64,000 nucleotides of DNA from positions 32,001 through 96,000 of the forward strand of contig CBDUPA010000022.1 in the NCBI GenBank assembly GCA_965368975.1, in the 5' to 3' direction. The position numbers and the translations under genes are program-made. Origin of the DNA: an uncultured bacterium (GTDB lineage Bacteria > Acidobacteriota > Thermoanaerobaculia > Multivoradales > JAHZIX01). Below are positions 24,351 through 36,009 of the stretch, one piece after another. Position 1 is the first letter of the stretch, and each line of letters begins with the position of its first letter. The notes under the pieces were generated by a model. It worked only from the letters and a program-made list of their open reading frames with translations, did not search any database and was not told where the DNA came from.

Positions 24351-24797
24351 TCAGGTATCCGGAGTGCCGCTGCGGTGCTCGTGGCCGGTCCGGCGGCTCA
24401 GCTGGTAGACGGTGCTCAAGAGATCTTCCATATCCACGGGTTTGTAGCACACCGCGTCGATGCCACCGCCGAGTGTCGGCAGTCGTGCTTCGACGCCATA
24501 CGCGGTGACGATGACCGCGGCGGTGCCGGGACTCAGTTGCTTGAGTCGGTGGAAGAGGGTCAGTCCGTCCATGTGTGGCATCTTGAAGTCGAGCAGTGCC
24601 ACGTCATACGTGGTGCGGCTGGCCAGCTCTAGCGCCTCGAAGCCATCGCCAGCGGTGTCGACCCGGTAGTCGAGTTCGAGCAGGATGTCGCTCAGGTTGG
24701 CACACGCGTCCGGCTCGTCATCGACGATCAGGATGTGCGGCTGACGGTCGCAGCCACGCGAGGAGGAGCGCGAGCGGGCAGCCGGATCACGCGTCAT
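24351..24797 (-). CDS. Single-domain response regulator
   Basis: ILIVDDE, LLDFKMP, VTAY, YKP. Confidence 0.85.
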   Translation of the reverse strand: MTRDPAARSRSSSRGCDRQPHILIVDDEPDACANLSDILLELDYRVDTAGDGFEALELASRTTYDVALLDFKMPHMDGLTLFHRLKQLSPGTAAVIVTAYGVEARLPTLGGGIDAVCYKPVDMEDLLSTVYQLSRRTGHEHRSGTPDT

Positions 24798-26118
24798 GGC
24801 GAGACCGATTCCTGTCAGGTGCCGGCGTGGGGTCGAGCGCGGCTGTGGCCGGCAAGCGTACCGTGAAGGTGGCGCCCTGACCGGGCACGCTGGTGACCTG
24901 CAGCTGACCTTGGTGTTTCTCCAGGATGCCGCGGCACAGTGCCAGTCCCAAGCCGATACCGCGCGCCTTGGTGGTGAAGAGTGGTTCGAGAATGCGCGGG
25001 AGTTCTGGCTCCGGGATGCCGGGGCCGTCATCGATGACCTGCACCTCGACGCTGGTCCCGGTATCGCCGCCCGGAACCCGCGCACGCACTTGTAGGTGGC
25101 CGCCCGCGGTCATGGCTTCCCGAGCGTTGCGGATCAAGTTGGCGAAGACGATCACCAGCTGAGCCGGATCGGCCTTCACCGCGGGGAGGTCGGGTGGTAG
25201 GTCGAGGGTCAGCTGCAGGCCGTTCGTGGGCGGCGTGTCGGACTCGGGCAGCAGGCCTTCCTGTCCGAGCACCTGGTTGAGCAGGTGGTGTAGCTGGACG
25301 GGCTCAAGGCTCGGCATCGGCATACGCGCGAAGTTGGACAGCGCGGTGATCACCTCGTCGGCAGCGCGCACTTGGCGCTCGATGCGTTCCAGGTGCTCTT
25401 CCACCTTGGCTGCTGCTGGCTCGCGCGCACGGCGTAGGTAATAGGCCGACGTCTTGATCACGTTGAGCGGATTGCGCAGCTCGTGCGCCAGTCCACCGGC
25501 CATCTGACCGATGGCCGCCAGCCGCTCGGTTCGTTGTTGTTGCGCCGCGCGCGCCCACTGATAACTGGTTTCGATGATGATCAGGTCCAGATCCAGCCGC
25601 TTGTTCAGCGACACGACGGTTGAAGACAGATCGTCGGGGCTGGCTTGCCACGCTGCGTGCAGTCGCTGGCACAGCCCCTGGCGCAGGCGGGCCAGGGCAG
25701 CCAGGGCGTAGATCTGGTCGAGGCCGATCTCGCTGTGGCGCAGCCCGACGCGCCAGCGTCGGCGGATGTAGTCGTCGCTATCGCCGCTGCCCAGCAATTC
25801 GTCGAGCCACACGCGCAGGGAGCCTTTGAGTCGCTCGATCTGCACCGCGCCGCCGGTCAGCACCTGACGCGTGGCGGTATGCCGCTCGATCTCGGCATAG
25901 AAATCGTCGATCAGGTCCGGGATGTGCGGTTGCAGGAGCTGGTACGCACTGTGCACCCGCTGCGCATCCTCGGCGCTGTAGCCGATGTACTTCTGCAGCT
26001 CGGCAATGCGTTGCACGGGAGGCTCAGCTGATCCCTGGTGGTGGCTCGATCCCTGGTCGGGACTTGGGACCGGGACGGGACTCGGAGCCTGATGGGCACT
26101 GTCCATAGGTGACGCCAT
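24787..26118 (-). CDS. Globin-coupled (protoglobin) sensor histidine kinase
   Basis: N-terminal DDFY...IERLK..L..WL...RWRVGLRHSEIGL globin pattern; LAHELRNPL, NLIRNA, GIGLGL; no TM segment. Confidence 0.85.
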   Translation of the reverse strand: MASPMDSAHQAPSPVPVPSPDQGSSHHQGSAEPPVQRIAELQKYIGYSAEDAQRVHSAYQLLQPHIPDLIDDFYAEIERHTATRQVLTGGAVQIERLKGSLRVWLDELLGSGDSDDYIRRRWRVGLRHSEIGLDQIYALAALARLRQGLCQRLHAAWQASPDDLSSTVVSLNKRLDLDLIIIETSYQWARAAQQQRTERLAAIGQMAGGLAHELRNPLNVIKTSAYYLRRAREPAAAKVEEHLERIERQVRAADEVITALSNFARMPMPSLEPVQLHHLLNQVLGQEGLLPESDTPPTNGLQLTLDLPPDLPAVKADPAQLVIVFANLIRNAREAMTAGGHLQVRARVPGGDTGTSVEVQVIDDGPGIPEPELPRILEPLFTTKARGIGLGLALCRGILEKHQGQLQVTSVPGQGATFTVRLPATAALDPTPAPDRNRSRHDA

Positions 26119-26268
26119 GTTGAGTCGCGATGGAGAAGCCGTTGCAGGTGGGAAGCTCCCCGAAGTGCCGCACGCGCACTCCCTACGTGGAGGTCCGGCT
26201 CGTCAGGGTGGCAGGAAGCCTATCACGCGCGCCCTTTCTACAGTACTGACGAACTACGATGACTTGAC

Positions 26269-28452
26269 TCAGGCTGCCGGGCGCTTCTCTCTTCCGGTCT
26301 CGGTTTCGCGCTGCTGGAGGGCTCGCCGGGTCTGATCGAGCGCCGCGTGCATCGCCGCGCGTTCCTCGTCGCTCAGCGTATCGCCGCCGAAGCTCTCGCG
26401 CAGGTAGAAGCGGATCACCCGCGCGGCCGGTTCATGGGCTTGCGGAAACCGCTCGCCTGTCCGTTGCTGCAAATCGAGCGGAGCGGTCGCATCGCTGATC
26501 TCGAGGCCGCGCCGTTGCAGCAGGCGGCGCAACTCCTGGAAAGCGCGGGTCGCGTCGCCGCTGCCACGCCGCTGCAGCCACAGAGCCAGCAAGATGATCG
26601 CGGTCACCAGTGCGAAGCCGCCGACCAGCAGCCATGGCGAGAGCGCTTCACCGCCTTTCTCCACCGGCGTCGGATCCTGCGCCGCGGCTGTCTCTTGGCT
26701 GTCGGTGGATGCGTCGTCGCTACGCAGGGAGGCGGTGAGTTCCAGGAACCAGTTGCGCAATCCCCAGAGGAACGAGATCTGGTCCTGCAGGCCGAAGGTG
26801 AGGATGTAGCGATCCCAGTGGAAGTTGAGGTACTCGGTGATCTGGCGCAGCATCGTCAGCTGGATCTGGCTGACGCCGGTGGGTCGACCGCCGGGCGGGG
26901 TCGGATCGTACTGCTGCCAGCCGACACCCGGCAGGTACGCCTCGACCCAGGCGTGGGCGTTGCGCTGGCGCACGGTGTAGTCGCGCGTCAGGCGGTTGTA
27001 CTCGGCGCCCAGGAAGCCGCTGATCAGGCGGGCCGGGATGCCCTCGGATCGCAGCATCAGGACCATCGACGAGGCGAACAGCTCGCAGTGGCCGGTGCGG
27101 TAGGTGAAGAGGAAGTCTTCGATCGGGTTGTCGTTGATGTCGCCGACGAAGTCCGTGCTGTAGTTGTAGTTCTGGATCAGGTGCGTTTCGAGGTCGAAGG
27201 CTTGCTGGGCGGCGCTGCCCTCGCCCATCACCTCGGCGGCCAGCTCGGCCATCGCCGGGGTCAGGCCCGTGAGATCGAGCGTCGGCTCGTCGGGGTCGTC
27301 GAGCTTCGGCATGACGGCGGTGAGGTTGACCTCGTCTTGCAGCCACACGCGGTAGTTGAGCGGCCCTCGATAGTTGGTCCACTTGTAAATGGCGCCGCCT
27401 TCATCCTGCGCCAGGATCGGCATTAGCAGTTCCATGCGCGTGGCTTTGACCGGTACCGGCACGGCGCGGCTGCGGATCGGCAGCAGCCAGACGTTGACCC
27501 AGGGGCCTTCGTCGACATCGCCGAGCCGCAGGTCGCTGGTGAGCTGGAACTGGCCACGGTAGTTGGTCAGCGTAGTGTCGCGTACTTCGGCGCGCTGCCA
27601 GCGCCGCTGGCCGGGGTGGTAGATGTCGTGCGTACCGCCTTTGAACCGGATGTCGGCGTTCTCGGGTCGGTTCTCGTCGAACTCCAGGCGCATCACGACT
27701 TCCGGGTTGTCGCGCAGGCCACCGATCGAGTTGAGCGTCACCTCGTCGCTGAAGCCCGTCGAGCGAATCTGCGTGCCGGTGCCGGTACGCATGCCGACGT
27801 AGGGGTTGCTGATGCGTGGGAACAGCGTGAACAGTGGCACCGAGAGGATCGAGGCGACGATCAGCCAGGCGCTGAGTGCGGTTGCCAGTCGCGGTGGCCC
27901 GGTGACGGTCACGGGTGCGTCGGCGTCGAGGCTTTCGAGGGTGCGCGCCTGCGCGTGGCGGGTCAGCAGGACCAGGCCGATGGCCGCGAATATCAGCAGG
28001 TACAGGACGATGCTCGGGTGGACGCTGGTGCCGACGCCGGCCAAGAACAGGAAGAAGACCGGCAGCAGGGTGAAGGACTCGTCGCGCCGCTTGCCGAGCG
28101 CGAACAGTTTGACGATAACGGTGAACATGCACACGTGCACCATCGACTGCACCAGTTGGCCGCGGAAGGCGGAGAACAGCAGGTCGATGCCCAGCACCGG
28201 CAGGTACGCCAGGCCGAGCACGTTGAGCACCCAGGTGGGCAGCTGGCTGTAAATGCCGTGCCGGGAGCGCTGCAGGAAGACGGCGACCAGGATCAGATAG
28301 AGCCCGAGCAGCGGCCACAGGAGTACGCTGTTGAGTGGCAGCGGCAAGGGAGCCAGCAGCGCCAGGATGCCGAGCAGCAGGTAGCGCTCCTGGCGCAGAC
28401 TCTGGAGCGCAGTCGCGGCGGTCGTCGGCTCGATCTTCGGCTCACGGCTCAT
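26269..28452 (-). CDS. DUF3488/transglutaminase-like membrane protein (TgpA-like)
   Basis: N-terminal TM helices; GHCELFAS, AHAWVE and YDPT form the catalytic triad. Confidence 0.88.
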   Translation of the reverse strand: MSREPKIEPTTAATALQSLRQERYLLLGILALLAPLPLPLNSVLLWPLLGLYLILVAVFLQRSRHGIYSQLPTWVLNVLGLAYLPVLGIDLLFSAFRGQLVQSMVHVCMFTVIVKLFALGKRRDESFTLLPVFFLFLAGVGTSVHPSIVLYLLIFAAIGLVLLTRHAQARTLESLDADAPVTVTGPPRLATALSAWLIVASILSVPLFTLFPRISNPYVGMRTGTGTQIRSTGFSDEVTLNSIGGLRDNPEVVMRLEFDENRPENADIRFKGGTHDIYHPGQRRWQRAEVRDTTLTNYRGQFQLTSDLRLGDVDEGPWVNVWLLPIRSRAVPVPVKATRMELLMPILAQDEGGAIYKWTNYRGPLNYRVWLQDEVNLTAVMPKLDDPDEPTLDLTGLTPAMAELAAEVMGEGSAAQQAFDLETHLIQNYNYSTDFVGDINDNPIEDFLFTYRTGHCELFASSMVLMLRSEGIPARLISGFLGAEYNRLTRDYTVRQRNAHAWVEAYLPGVGWQQYDPTPPGGRPTGVSQIQLTMLRQITEYLNFHWDRYILTFGLQDQISFLWGLRNWFLELTASLRSDDASTDSQETAAAQDPTPVEKGGEALSPWLLVGGFALVTAIILLALWLQRRGSGDATRAFQELRRLLQRRGLEISDATAPLDLQQRTGERFPQAHEPAARVIRFYLRESFGGDTLSDEERAAMHAALDQTRRALQQRETETGREKRPAA

Positions 28453-29609
28453 GCCGCCTCCCGCGTCGCCCTATCGAGGCCGAGGCGCAGTACCGGGGAT
28501 CGCTCGTCGCTGCTGCGCGGTGCCTCGCCGGCCTCGGTGTCTGGTTCCACCAGCGCCAGGGCTTCCAGCACGGCCATCCGTTGACGCGTGCCAGCAGAGA
28601 AGGGTAGGCGCACACGGCGGGTCACCAGCTCCAGCTCGAAGCCAGCATCCAGGTAGGCGTCTGCGGCGGTTGCGGCCTCGCTCACCAGGCGCTCGAAGCG
28701 CTGCAGGTCGTCGCCGTCGCACCAGCGGCCGTGGTTGTCGAACAAGGTGGGATCGACGTGGTTGTCGAACAGGATGGCGATGCGCCGGCCTTCCTCGGCT
28801 TCCCTTTCCTGGTACACCAGGTCGCCGGTGCGAGCGCTCCGCTTCCAGTGGATGTTGCGCGGATCGTCGCCCTCGCGGAAGCCGCGTAGCTCGTGCAGGT
28901 CGTGCCCCCAACCCCGCTGTTGGCGGCTGCTGGGGCCGACGTCCGTGTCTTGGGGGCGCGCTTCGGTGCCGGCCGGGAACAGTTCCGGATAGACCAGCAG
29001 TTCGGTCTCGGTGCGGTAGAGCTGCCCCTTCTGGAACAGGCCGAAGGGGAACAGACTGGTGACGCGCACGCCGCGCAGCCGCTGCCGGCCGCGCCGCCGG
29101 AAGACGCAGGGCACCGAGCCTTGAAGCTCCGTGCGCGTGGCTAGCCGTGAGACGAACCAGGGGGAACTGCTGCTGCTGTCGTCGTCGAAGGAGCGCTTCT
29201 TCGTCGCGGGCTTGCCCGTCTTGCTCGATCTCTTGGTTTTTGCGCTGGTTGCCGTCGATTCACTGACCGCCTGCAGCAGCAGGAACCAGCGTGGCCACCA
29301 GCGGGCACGGTTGTGCAGGTGCAGGCCGAGCCGGAAGGGGCGGTTGGCGAACAGCTCGACCGGGGCTTCCACCTCCACCTGCAAGCCGCGCACGTTGCTG
29401 CGCGACACGAAGCCGGAGACGGCGAGCAGGCCGAGCAGCAGAGCCAGCACCATGAACAGGGTGTTGTTGCCGGTGTTGGTGGCCGCCAAGGCGACCAGGA
29501 AGATCAGGCCGATATAGATGATGCCGAAGCGCGTGCCTCGGATCGCCGAGGGCCGCGACCGAAAGCGGCGTCGCCGGAGGTCCGGAAGACGAAGTCTGAA
29601 CTGGGTCAC
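28449..29609 (-). CDS. DUF58 domain protein
   Basis: NTGNN, FPFGLF, LRGFREGDDPRNIHWKRSAR; probable GTG start at 29609. Confidence 0.85.
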   Translation of the reverse strand: MTQFRLRLPDLRRRRFRSRPSAIRGTRFGIIYIGLIFLVALAATNTGNNTLFMVLALLLGLLAVSGFVSRSNVRGLQVEVEAPVELFANRPFRLGLHLHNRARWWPRWFLLLQAVSESTATSAKTKRSSKTGKPATKKRSFDDDSSSSSPWFVSRLATRTELQGSVPCVFRRRGRQRLRGVRVTSLFPFGLFQKGQLYRTETELLVYPELFPAGTEARPQDTDVGPSSRQQRGWGHDLHELRGFREGDDPRNIHWKRSARTGDLVYQEREAEEGRRIAILFDNHVDPTLFDNHGRWCDGDDLQRFERLVSEAATAADAYLDAGFELELVTRRVRLPFSAGTRQRMAVLEALALVEPDTEAGEAPRSSDERSPVLRLGLDRATREAA

Positions 29610-29628
29610 GGCCGGCTCCTGACCGGCC

Positions 29629-30678
<1,050 letters not shown>

Positions 30679-30728
30679 GTCCTGAGTGTACGGACGCCGG
30701 GGCGCCAGAGTTTGTCGAAAGGGACGTC

Positions 30729-31376
30729 TTATTCGCTGCCGGCGGTGGCGGGGAACTCCGGATACAGCGGGTAGTCGCTGGCCGGCACGTTGCCGCGCAC
30801 CTCGACGTAGAACATGTGGTTGGCCGGGTCGTAGGCGATGTTCTCGAGCTTGTGGCTGAGCTGGGTATCCATGCCCTTGAGCAACTGCGAGGTGTCGACG
30901 GTGTGGTGGAAGCGGGCGATCTCGTTCTCTGCGCGGTCCGTCTGTACGATGTCGAGGGTCAGCTGTGGCAGCGCCTCGTTGTTGGTGTTCTGCAGCAGGA
31001 TGTCGAGCAGCACGTCGTAGCCGGTCGGCTCGGCCATTGTTGCCTCGGGCATCGCTGCGGCGTCGCCCTCGGGGGCCGCGTCGGTGGGCAGTTCGTCCGC
31101 GGTGTCCTGGGTCTCACCTTCGACGACCATCTCGTCCCCGGCTTCACCGTCGGTGACCTCCATGTCGGCGGCGTCCAGTTCGGTCGGGTCCGGCTGCGGC
31201 TCCTCGTGCGGCATCGCGACCAGGCCGCTCGGGTTGACCTGGACCACGTATTTGGCGCGCATCTTGGCGACGCGCTGCACCGGGTCTTCCGGCTGGCAGG
31301 CGGTCAGCGGAAGCAGCAGCAGCAGGGCCAGAGTCCAGAGAGTCGAACGGTGGGTGATCTTCGCAAGCTTGGGCAT
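30729..31376 (-). CDS. Putative lipoprotein, unknown function
   Basis: Lipobox LTAC after a hydrophobic stretch; acidic low-complexity insert. Confidence 0.65.
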   Translation of the reverse strand: MPKLAKITHRSTLWTLALLLLLPLTACQPEDPVQRVAKMRAKYVVQVNPSGLVAMPHEEPQPDPTELDAADMEVTDGEAGDEMVVEGETQDTADELPTDAAPEGDAAAMPEATMAEPTGYDVLLDILLQNTNNEALPQLTLDIVQTDRAENEIARFHHTVDTSQLLKGMDTQLSHKLENIAYDPANHMFYVEVRGNVPASDYPLYPEFPATAGSE

Positions 31377-31488
31377 AGCGATCTCCTTCTTGGCAAGCTT
31401 TCTTGGGCAGAAAGCCCCGGGATGACAGAACCAGGGTGGGTGGGGGGAGCCGGAACCCGTCGGGTGCCGGAGAACTAGGCAAACTATA

Positions 31489-32229
31489 TCAGTGCCTGTC
31501 CAGGACCTCTTCCGGGGTCCCGCGCGCCACCAGCCGCCCGCGGTCCAGGCACAGAACTTCGTCGCATAGCTCGCGCACCTCGTCCGGATCGTGCGACACC
31601 CACAGCATCGGGATCGACAGCTCGTGGCGCACGCGCTGGATCAGCGGCAGCAGGCGCCGGCGCAGGGGGTGGTCTATGGAGGCCAGGGGTTCGTCGAGCA
31701 GCAGCAGGCGCGGGCCGGAGCACAGCGCGCGGCCGAGGGCGACGCGCTGGCGCTCACCGCCAGAGAGGGTCGTGACGCTACGGTCCAGCAAGGGCTCCAG
31801 CTCCAGCAAGCCACACACCGTCCGCAGCTGCGCGGCCGGGTCGAGACCGCGCGCGCGGGCGCGGCGGGCGCCGCTGAGCAGGTTGCGGCGCACGTCCAGG
31901 TGCGGGAAGAGCAGGCCGTCCTGCGGAACATAGCCGATGCCGCGGTGTTCGGGCGGCAGGCGCACGGGAGAGGGGGCTTGGGTGTCGAGCCAAACGTCGG
32001 TACCCAGCAAGATGTGTCCGCGCGCTGCCGCGTCGAGGCCGGCGACCGCACGCAACGCGGTGGTTTTGCCGCAGCCCGACGCACCGAACAGTGCCGTGAC
32101 CTGCCGCTCGGCACGGAAGTCGAGATGCAGCTCGAAGCGGTCGAGGGGTCGCCGCAGCCGCACGTCGAGCACGGGCACGTCGTTCGACAACACCTCAATG
32201 GCCGGTATCTCTGTGGACGAAGGCGTCAT
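31489..32229 (-). CDS. modC: Molybdate ABC transporter ATPase
   Basis: [21 protein letters not shown]; operon context. Confidence 0.85.
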   Translation of the reverse strand: MTPSSTEIPAIEVLSNDVPVLDVRLRRPLDRFELHLDFRAERQVTALFGASGCGKTTALRAVAGLDAAARGHILLGTDVWLDTQAPSPVRLPPEHRGIGYVPQDGLLFPHLDVRRNLLSGARRARARGLDPAAQLRTVCGLLELEPLLDRSVTTLSGGERQRVALGRALCSGPRLLLLDEPLASIDHPLRRRLLPLIQRVRHELSIPMLWVSHDPDEVRELCDEVLCLDRGRLVARGTPEEVLDRH

Positions 32230-33002
32230 AGATGTCTCGACTCTTCAGTCTTCTGAGAGGCGGCCTTCTGAGAGCCTGCTTGCAACAAGGTCGCTCGCTG
32301 GCGGCGGACCAGGTACTCGGACGACAGGATCGCCACCAGGCCGAGAACCAAGGACACGATCAACAGCACCGCCGCCTGCCGCTCGTCGCCTACCTGCTGG
32401 GCGGTGTAGATGCCCGAGGCCAGCGTCTGCGTGCGGCCGGGGATGTTGCCCGCGACGATCATGGTGGCGCCGAACTCGCCGACCGCGCGCGTGAAGCCGA
32501 GGATGGCGGCGGCCAGCAGACCGGGCGTGGCCAGCGGCAGGGTGAAGCGCAGGAAGACGCGCAGCGGTCCGTGGCCGAGCGTGCGCGCCATACTCTCGAG
32601 CCGCGGGTCGACGCCCTCGAAGGCGACGCGCGCGGTGCGCACCACCAGCGGCGTCGCCATGATCGCCGACGCCAGCACCGCGGCCTTCCAGGTCAGCAGC
32701 AGGCCGAGGTCGAAACCCAGGCGGCGCTCGCCCAAGGGGCCATCGGCAGCCAGCAGCGACAGCAGCAGGTAGCCGACCGCAGTCGGGGGCAACACCAGCG
32801 GCAGGCCCACCAGCGCCGACACCAGCGCCTTGCCGCGGAACCGGTAGCGCGCCAGCGCGTAGGCGAGCAGCGTTCCGGGCGGCACCACCAGCAGCGTCGC
32901 GACGGTGGCGATGCGCAGCGTCATAGCCAGGGCGGGCCATATCTCAGCTGACAGGCCGAGGGCGGCGAACACGCTGGCACAAAGGAGGGTGGTCGAAGGC
33001 AT
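32226..33002 (-). CDS. modB: Molybdate ABC transporter permease
   Basis: [29 protein letters not shown]. Confidence 0.9.
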   Translation of the reverse strand: MPSTTLLCASVFAALGLSAEIWPALAMTLRIATVATLLVVPPGTLLAYALARYRFRGKALVSALVGLPLVLPPTAVGYLLLSLLAADGPLGERRLGFDLGLLLTWKAAVLASAIMATPLVVRTARVAFEGVDPRLESMARTLGHGPLRVFLRFTLPLATPGLLAAAILGFTRAVGEFGATMIVAGNIPGRTQTLASGIYTAQQVGDERQAAVLLIVSLVLGLVAILSSEYLVRRQRATLLQAGSQKAASQKTEESRHL

Positions 33003-33062
33003 GGAAGCCGAGTCTATCCGCAGGGTAGCCACCTGGGGCTACCTGCCCCGGATCTTGCCGCG

Positions 33063-33863
33063 CTACTGGGGTGGCAGCACTTCGAAGCCGTGGGCGCGCA
33101 GGATCGAGGCCGCGTCGTGGTGTAGGAAGTCGAGGAAGGTCGCTGCCAGATCCGCTCGCGGACTGCGCGCGAGGACGGCGACATCGTAGCGGATCTCCGG
33201 CGTCAGCTCGGGCGGGATCTCCAGCAAAACGCGCACGCGCTGGTCACCACGATGCGTCGCGACCGCGTCCGTGCGGTACACGATGCCGAGGATCTTGGGT
33301 TGCGCAACCACCTGTGCCAGGGCCGCGCGGACATCGGCCATGGGTAGCACGCGCGCTTCGACCGCCCGCCAGAGTGACGCTTCGCCGTGTCGGACCGCCT
33401 GCAGCGTCTCGCGGGCGTAGATACCCGCCGGCACAGCGTCTGGATGGCCGAGCGCCAGGAACTCGAAGTCGAGCCCGGCCAGTTCGTCGAGTCGCTCCAG
33501 CCGCCAGGGGGCGTCCACGTGTGCCACCACTACCAGGCGGTTGCCCAGCAGCGCGCGTCGCGAGCCCGGGACCAGCAGCGCCTCGGTGTCGAGTTCGTCG
33601 AGCCAGCGTGGATGCGCCGAGATGATCACGTCCGCCGCTGCCGGCCGGGCTTGCAGCTGGCGCGCCAAGACGTTGGAACCGGCGAAGTTGAACTCGAGTC
33701 GCTCGGGACCAGGCCATTCGGCCGCTGCCTCGGTCAGTGCGTCGCGCAAGCTGGCGGCGGCGAAAACGCTCAGCGTGGCGTCGCTTGCCAAGTTGGGAGT
33801 TGGCGCGCCGCAGCTCGCCAGCAGGATCACCAGGCCGACGAGCCAGCTCAGTCTAGTCAACAC
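33063..33863 (-). CDS. modA: Molybdate-binding lipoprotein
   Basis: Lipobox LASC; FAAASL, FAGS, VPAGIYA, GIVYRTD. Confidence 0.88.
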   Translation of the reverse strand: MLTRLSWLVGLVILLASCGAPTPNLASDATLSVFAAASLRDALTEAAAEWPGPERLEFNFAGSNVLARQLQARPAAADVIISAHPRWLDELDTEALLVPGSRRALLGNRLVVVAHVDAPWRLERLDELAGLDFEFLALGHPDAVPAGIYARETLQAVRHGEASLWRAVEARVLPMADVRAALAQVVAQPKILGIVYRTDAVATHRGDQRVRVLLEIPPELTPEIRYDVAVLARSPRADLAATFLDFLHHDAASILRAHGFEVLPPQ

Positions 33864-33897
33864 CGTCTGGACAACACCGTCTGGACAGCACCGTCTA
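33861..33897. repeat. 14-bp tandem repeat (CACCGTCTGGACAR x2 plus partial) filling the GT2-modA gap
   Basis: caccgtctggacaa caccgtctggacag caccgtcta. Confidence 0.7.
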
Positions 33898-34611
33898 AGC
33901 GCCGCCGCGGAACCAGACGTTGAAACGCAGGATCGACCAGATCGCCGCGAAACCGTCCTTCCAGCCGATCTTCTTGCCCTCGGCGTAGGTGCGTCCGTGG
34001 TACGAGATGGGGACCTCGTAGATGCGCGCCCGGCGCTGCGCGAAGCGGGCGGTGAGCTCGGGCTCGATGCCGAAGCGATTGGAGACCAGCGTCACGCCAT
34101 CGAGCAACTCACGACGGAACACCTTGTAGCAGGTCTCCATGTCCGACAGGTTCAGATTGGTGAACATGTTGGACAGCGTGGTCAGGAAGCGGTTGCCCAA
34201 GTAGTGCCAGAAGTAGAGCACCCGGTGCGGCCCACCGAGGAAGCGCGAGCCGAAGACTACGTCCGCGATGTTGTCGTCGATCGGCTGCAGCAGCACCAGG
34301 TACTCGCACGGGTCGTATTCCAGGTCGGCGTCCTGGATCAACACCACTTCGCCGGTGGCGGCCGTGAAGCCGGTGCGCAGCGCCGCGCCCTTGCCCTGGT
34401 TGACCTCGTGCTCGATGTAGGTGAAGGCGATGTCGCCCTGCTCCTGCAGCCGGCGCAGCAGGTCGCGTGTGCCGTCCACGGAACCATCGTCGACCAGGAT
34501 CAGCTCTTGTTGCCAACCCTTGGGCATGGGGGCTTGTCGCACACGCTCGAGGATCTCTTCGACGGTGTCGCGCTCGTTGTAGACCGGGATGACGATGGAC
34601 AGCTTGGACAT
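33895..34611 (-). CDS. GT2 glycosyltransferase (DPM1-like)
   Basis: [40 protein letters not shown]. Confidence 0.92.
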   Translation of the reverse strand: MSKLSIVIPVYNERDTVEEILERVRQAPMPKGWQQELILVDDGSVDGTRDLLRRLQEQGDIAFTYIEHEVNQGKGAALRTGFTAATGEVVLIQDADLEYDPCEYLVLLQPIDDNIADVVFGSRFLGGPHRVLYFWHYLGNRFLTTLSNMFTNLNLSDMETCYKVFRRELLDGVTLVSNRFGIEPELTARFAQRRARIYEVPISYHGRTYAEGKKIGWKDGFAAIWSILRFNVWFRGGA

Positions 34612-34637
34612 AATGAATTTACCGGGGACGTGGCCGG

Positions 34638-34768
34638 ATGCTACTGACGCCTCCGAGCGAAGTCAAACCGTACTCAGTACCTATTCAGTACCGGCAGCGG
34701 CGGCCGTGACGCCCTGTGAACAAACACTGAGACGCCTGCTTGACGGTGCCGGATGTTTGGGCTAGCCT
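34638..34768. promoter_or_regulatory. Divergent sigma70 promoters (GT2 / recA) flanking an inverted pair of CTCAGT-N4-RTTCAS boxes
   Basis: Plus strand TTGACG(34740)-17-TAGCCT(34763); minus strand TTGACT(34666)-17-TAGCAT(34643). Boxes at 34673-34688 (+) and 34716-34731 (-). Confidence 0.55.
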
Positions 34769-34864
34769 CCAAGGCATTCCCGTCTTGTTCCCGCCCCTCC
34801 GGCCCCGGCGTCGAGAGGCCTTCCGCGGACGAGACAGCACCATTCTGAAGGAGTCCCCACTCTC

Positions 34865-35923
<1,059 letters not shown>

Positions 35924-35952
35924 TTGCGGAGGCTGAGAAGCCCTCTCCCGGT

Positions 35953-35979
35953 CCCCTCTTCCGTGCAACGGAAGAGGGG
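35953..35979 (+). terminator. Strong hairpin after recA
   Basis: CCCCTCTTCCGT-GCA-ACGGAAGAGGGG; no U tail, so it may be a stabiliser or pause site. Confidence 0.5.
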
Positions 35980-36009
35980 CGCTCGACCTGCTAGAATCCC
36001 CGGCACATC

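Noticed and set aside
26119-26268. TPP riboswitch remnant (minus strand CCCTGA...CGTAGGGAG)
   Set aside because: Lacks the conserved CUGAGA and the P4/P5 pattern; the resemblance is only partial.
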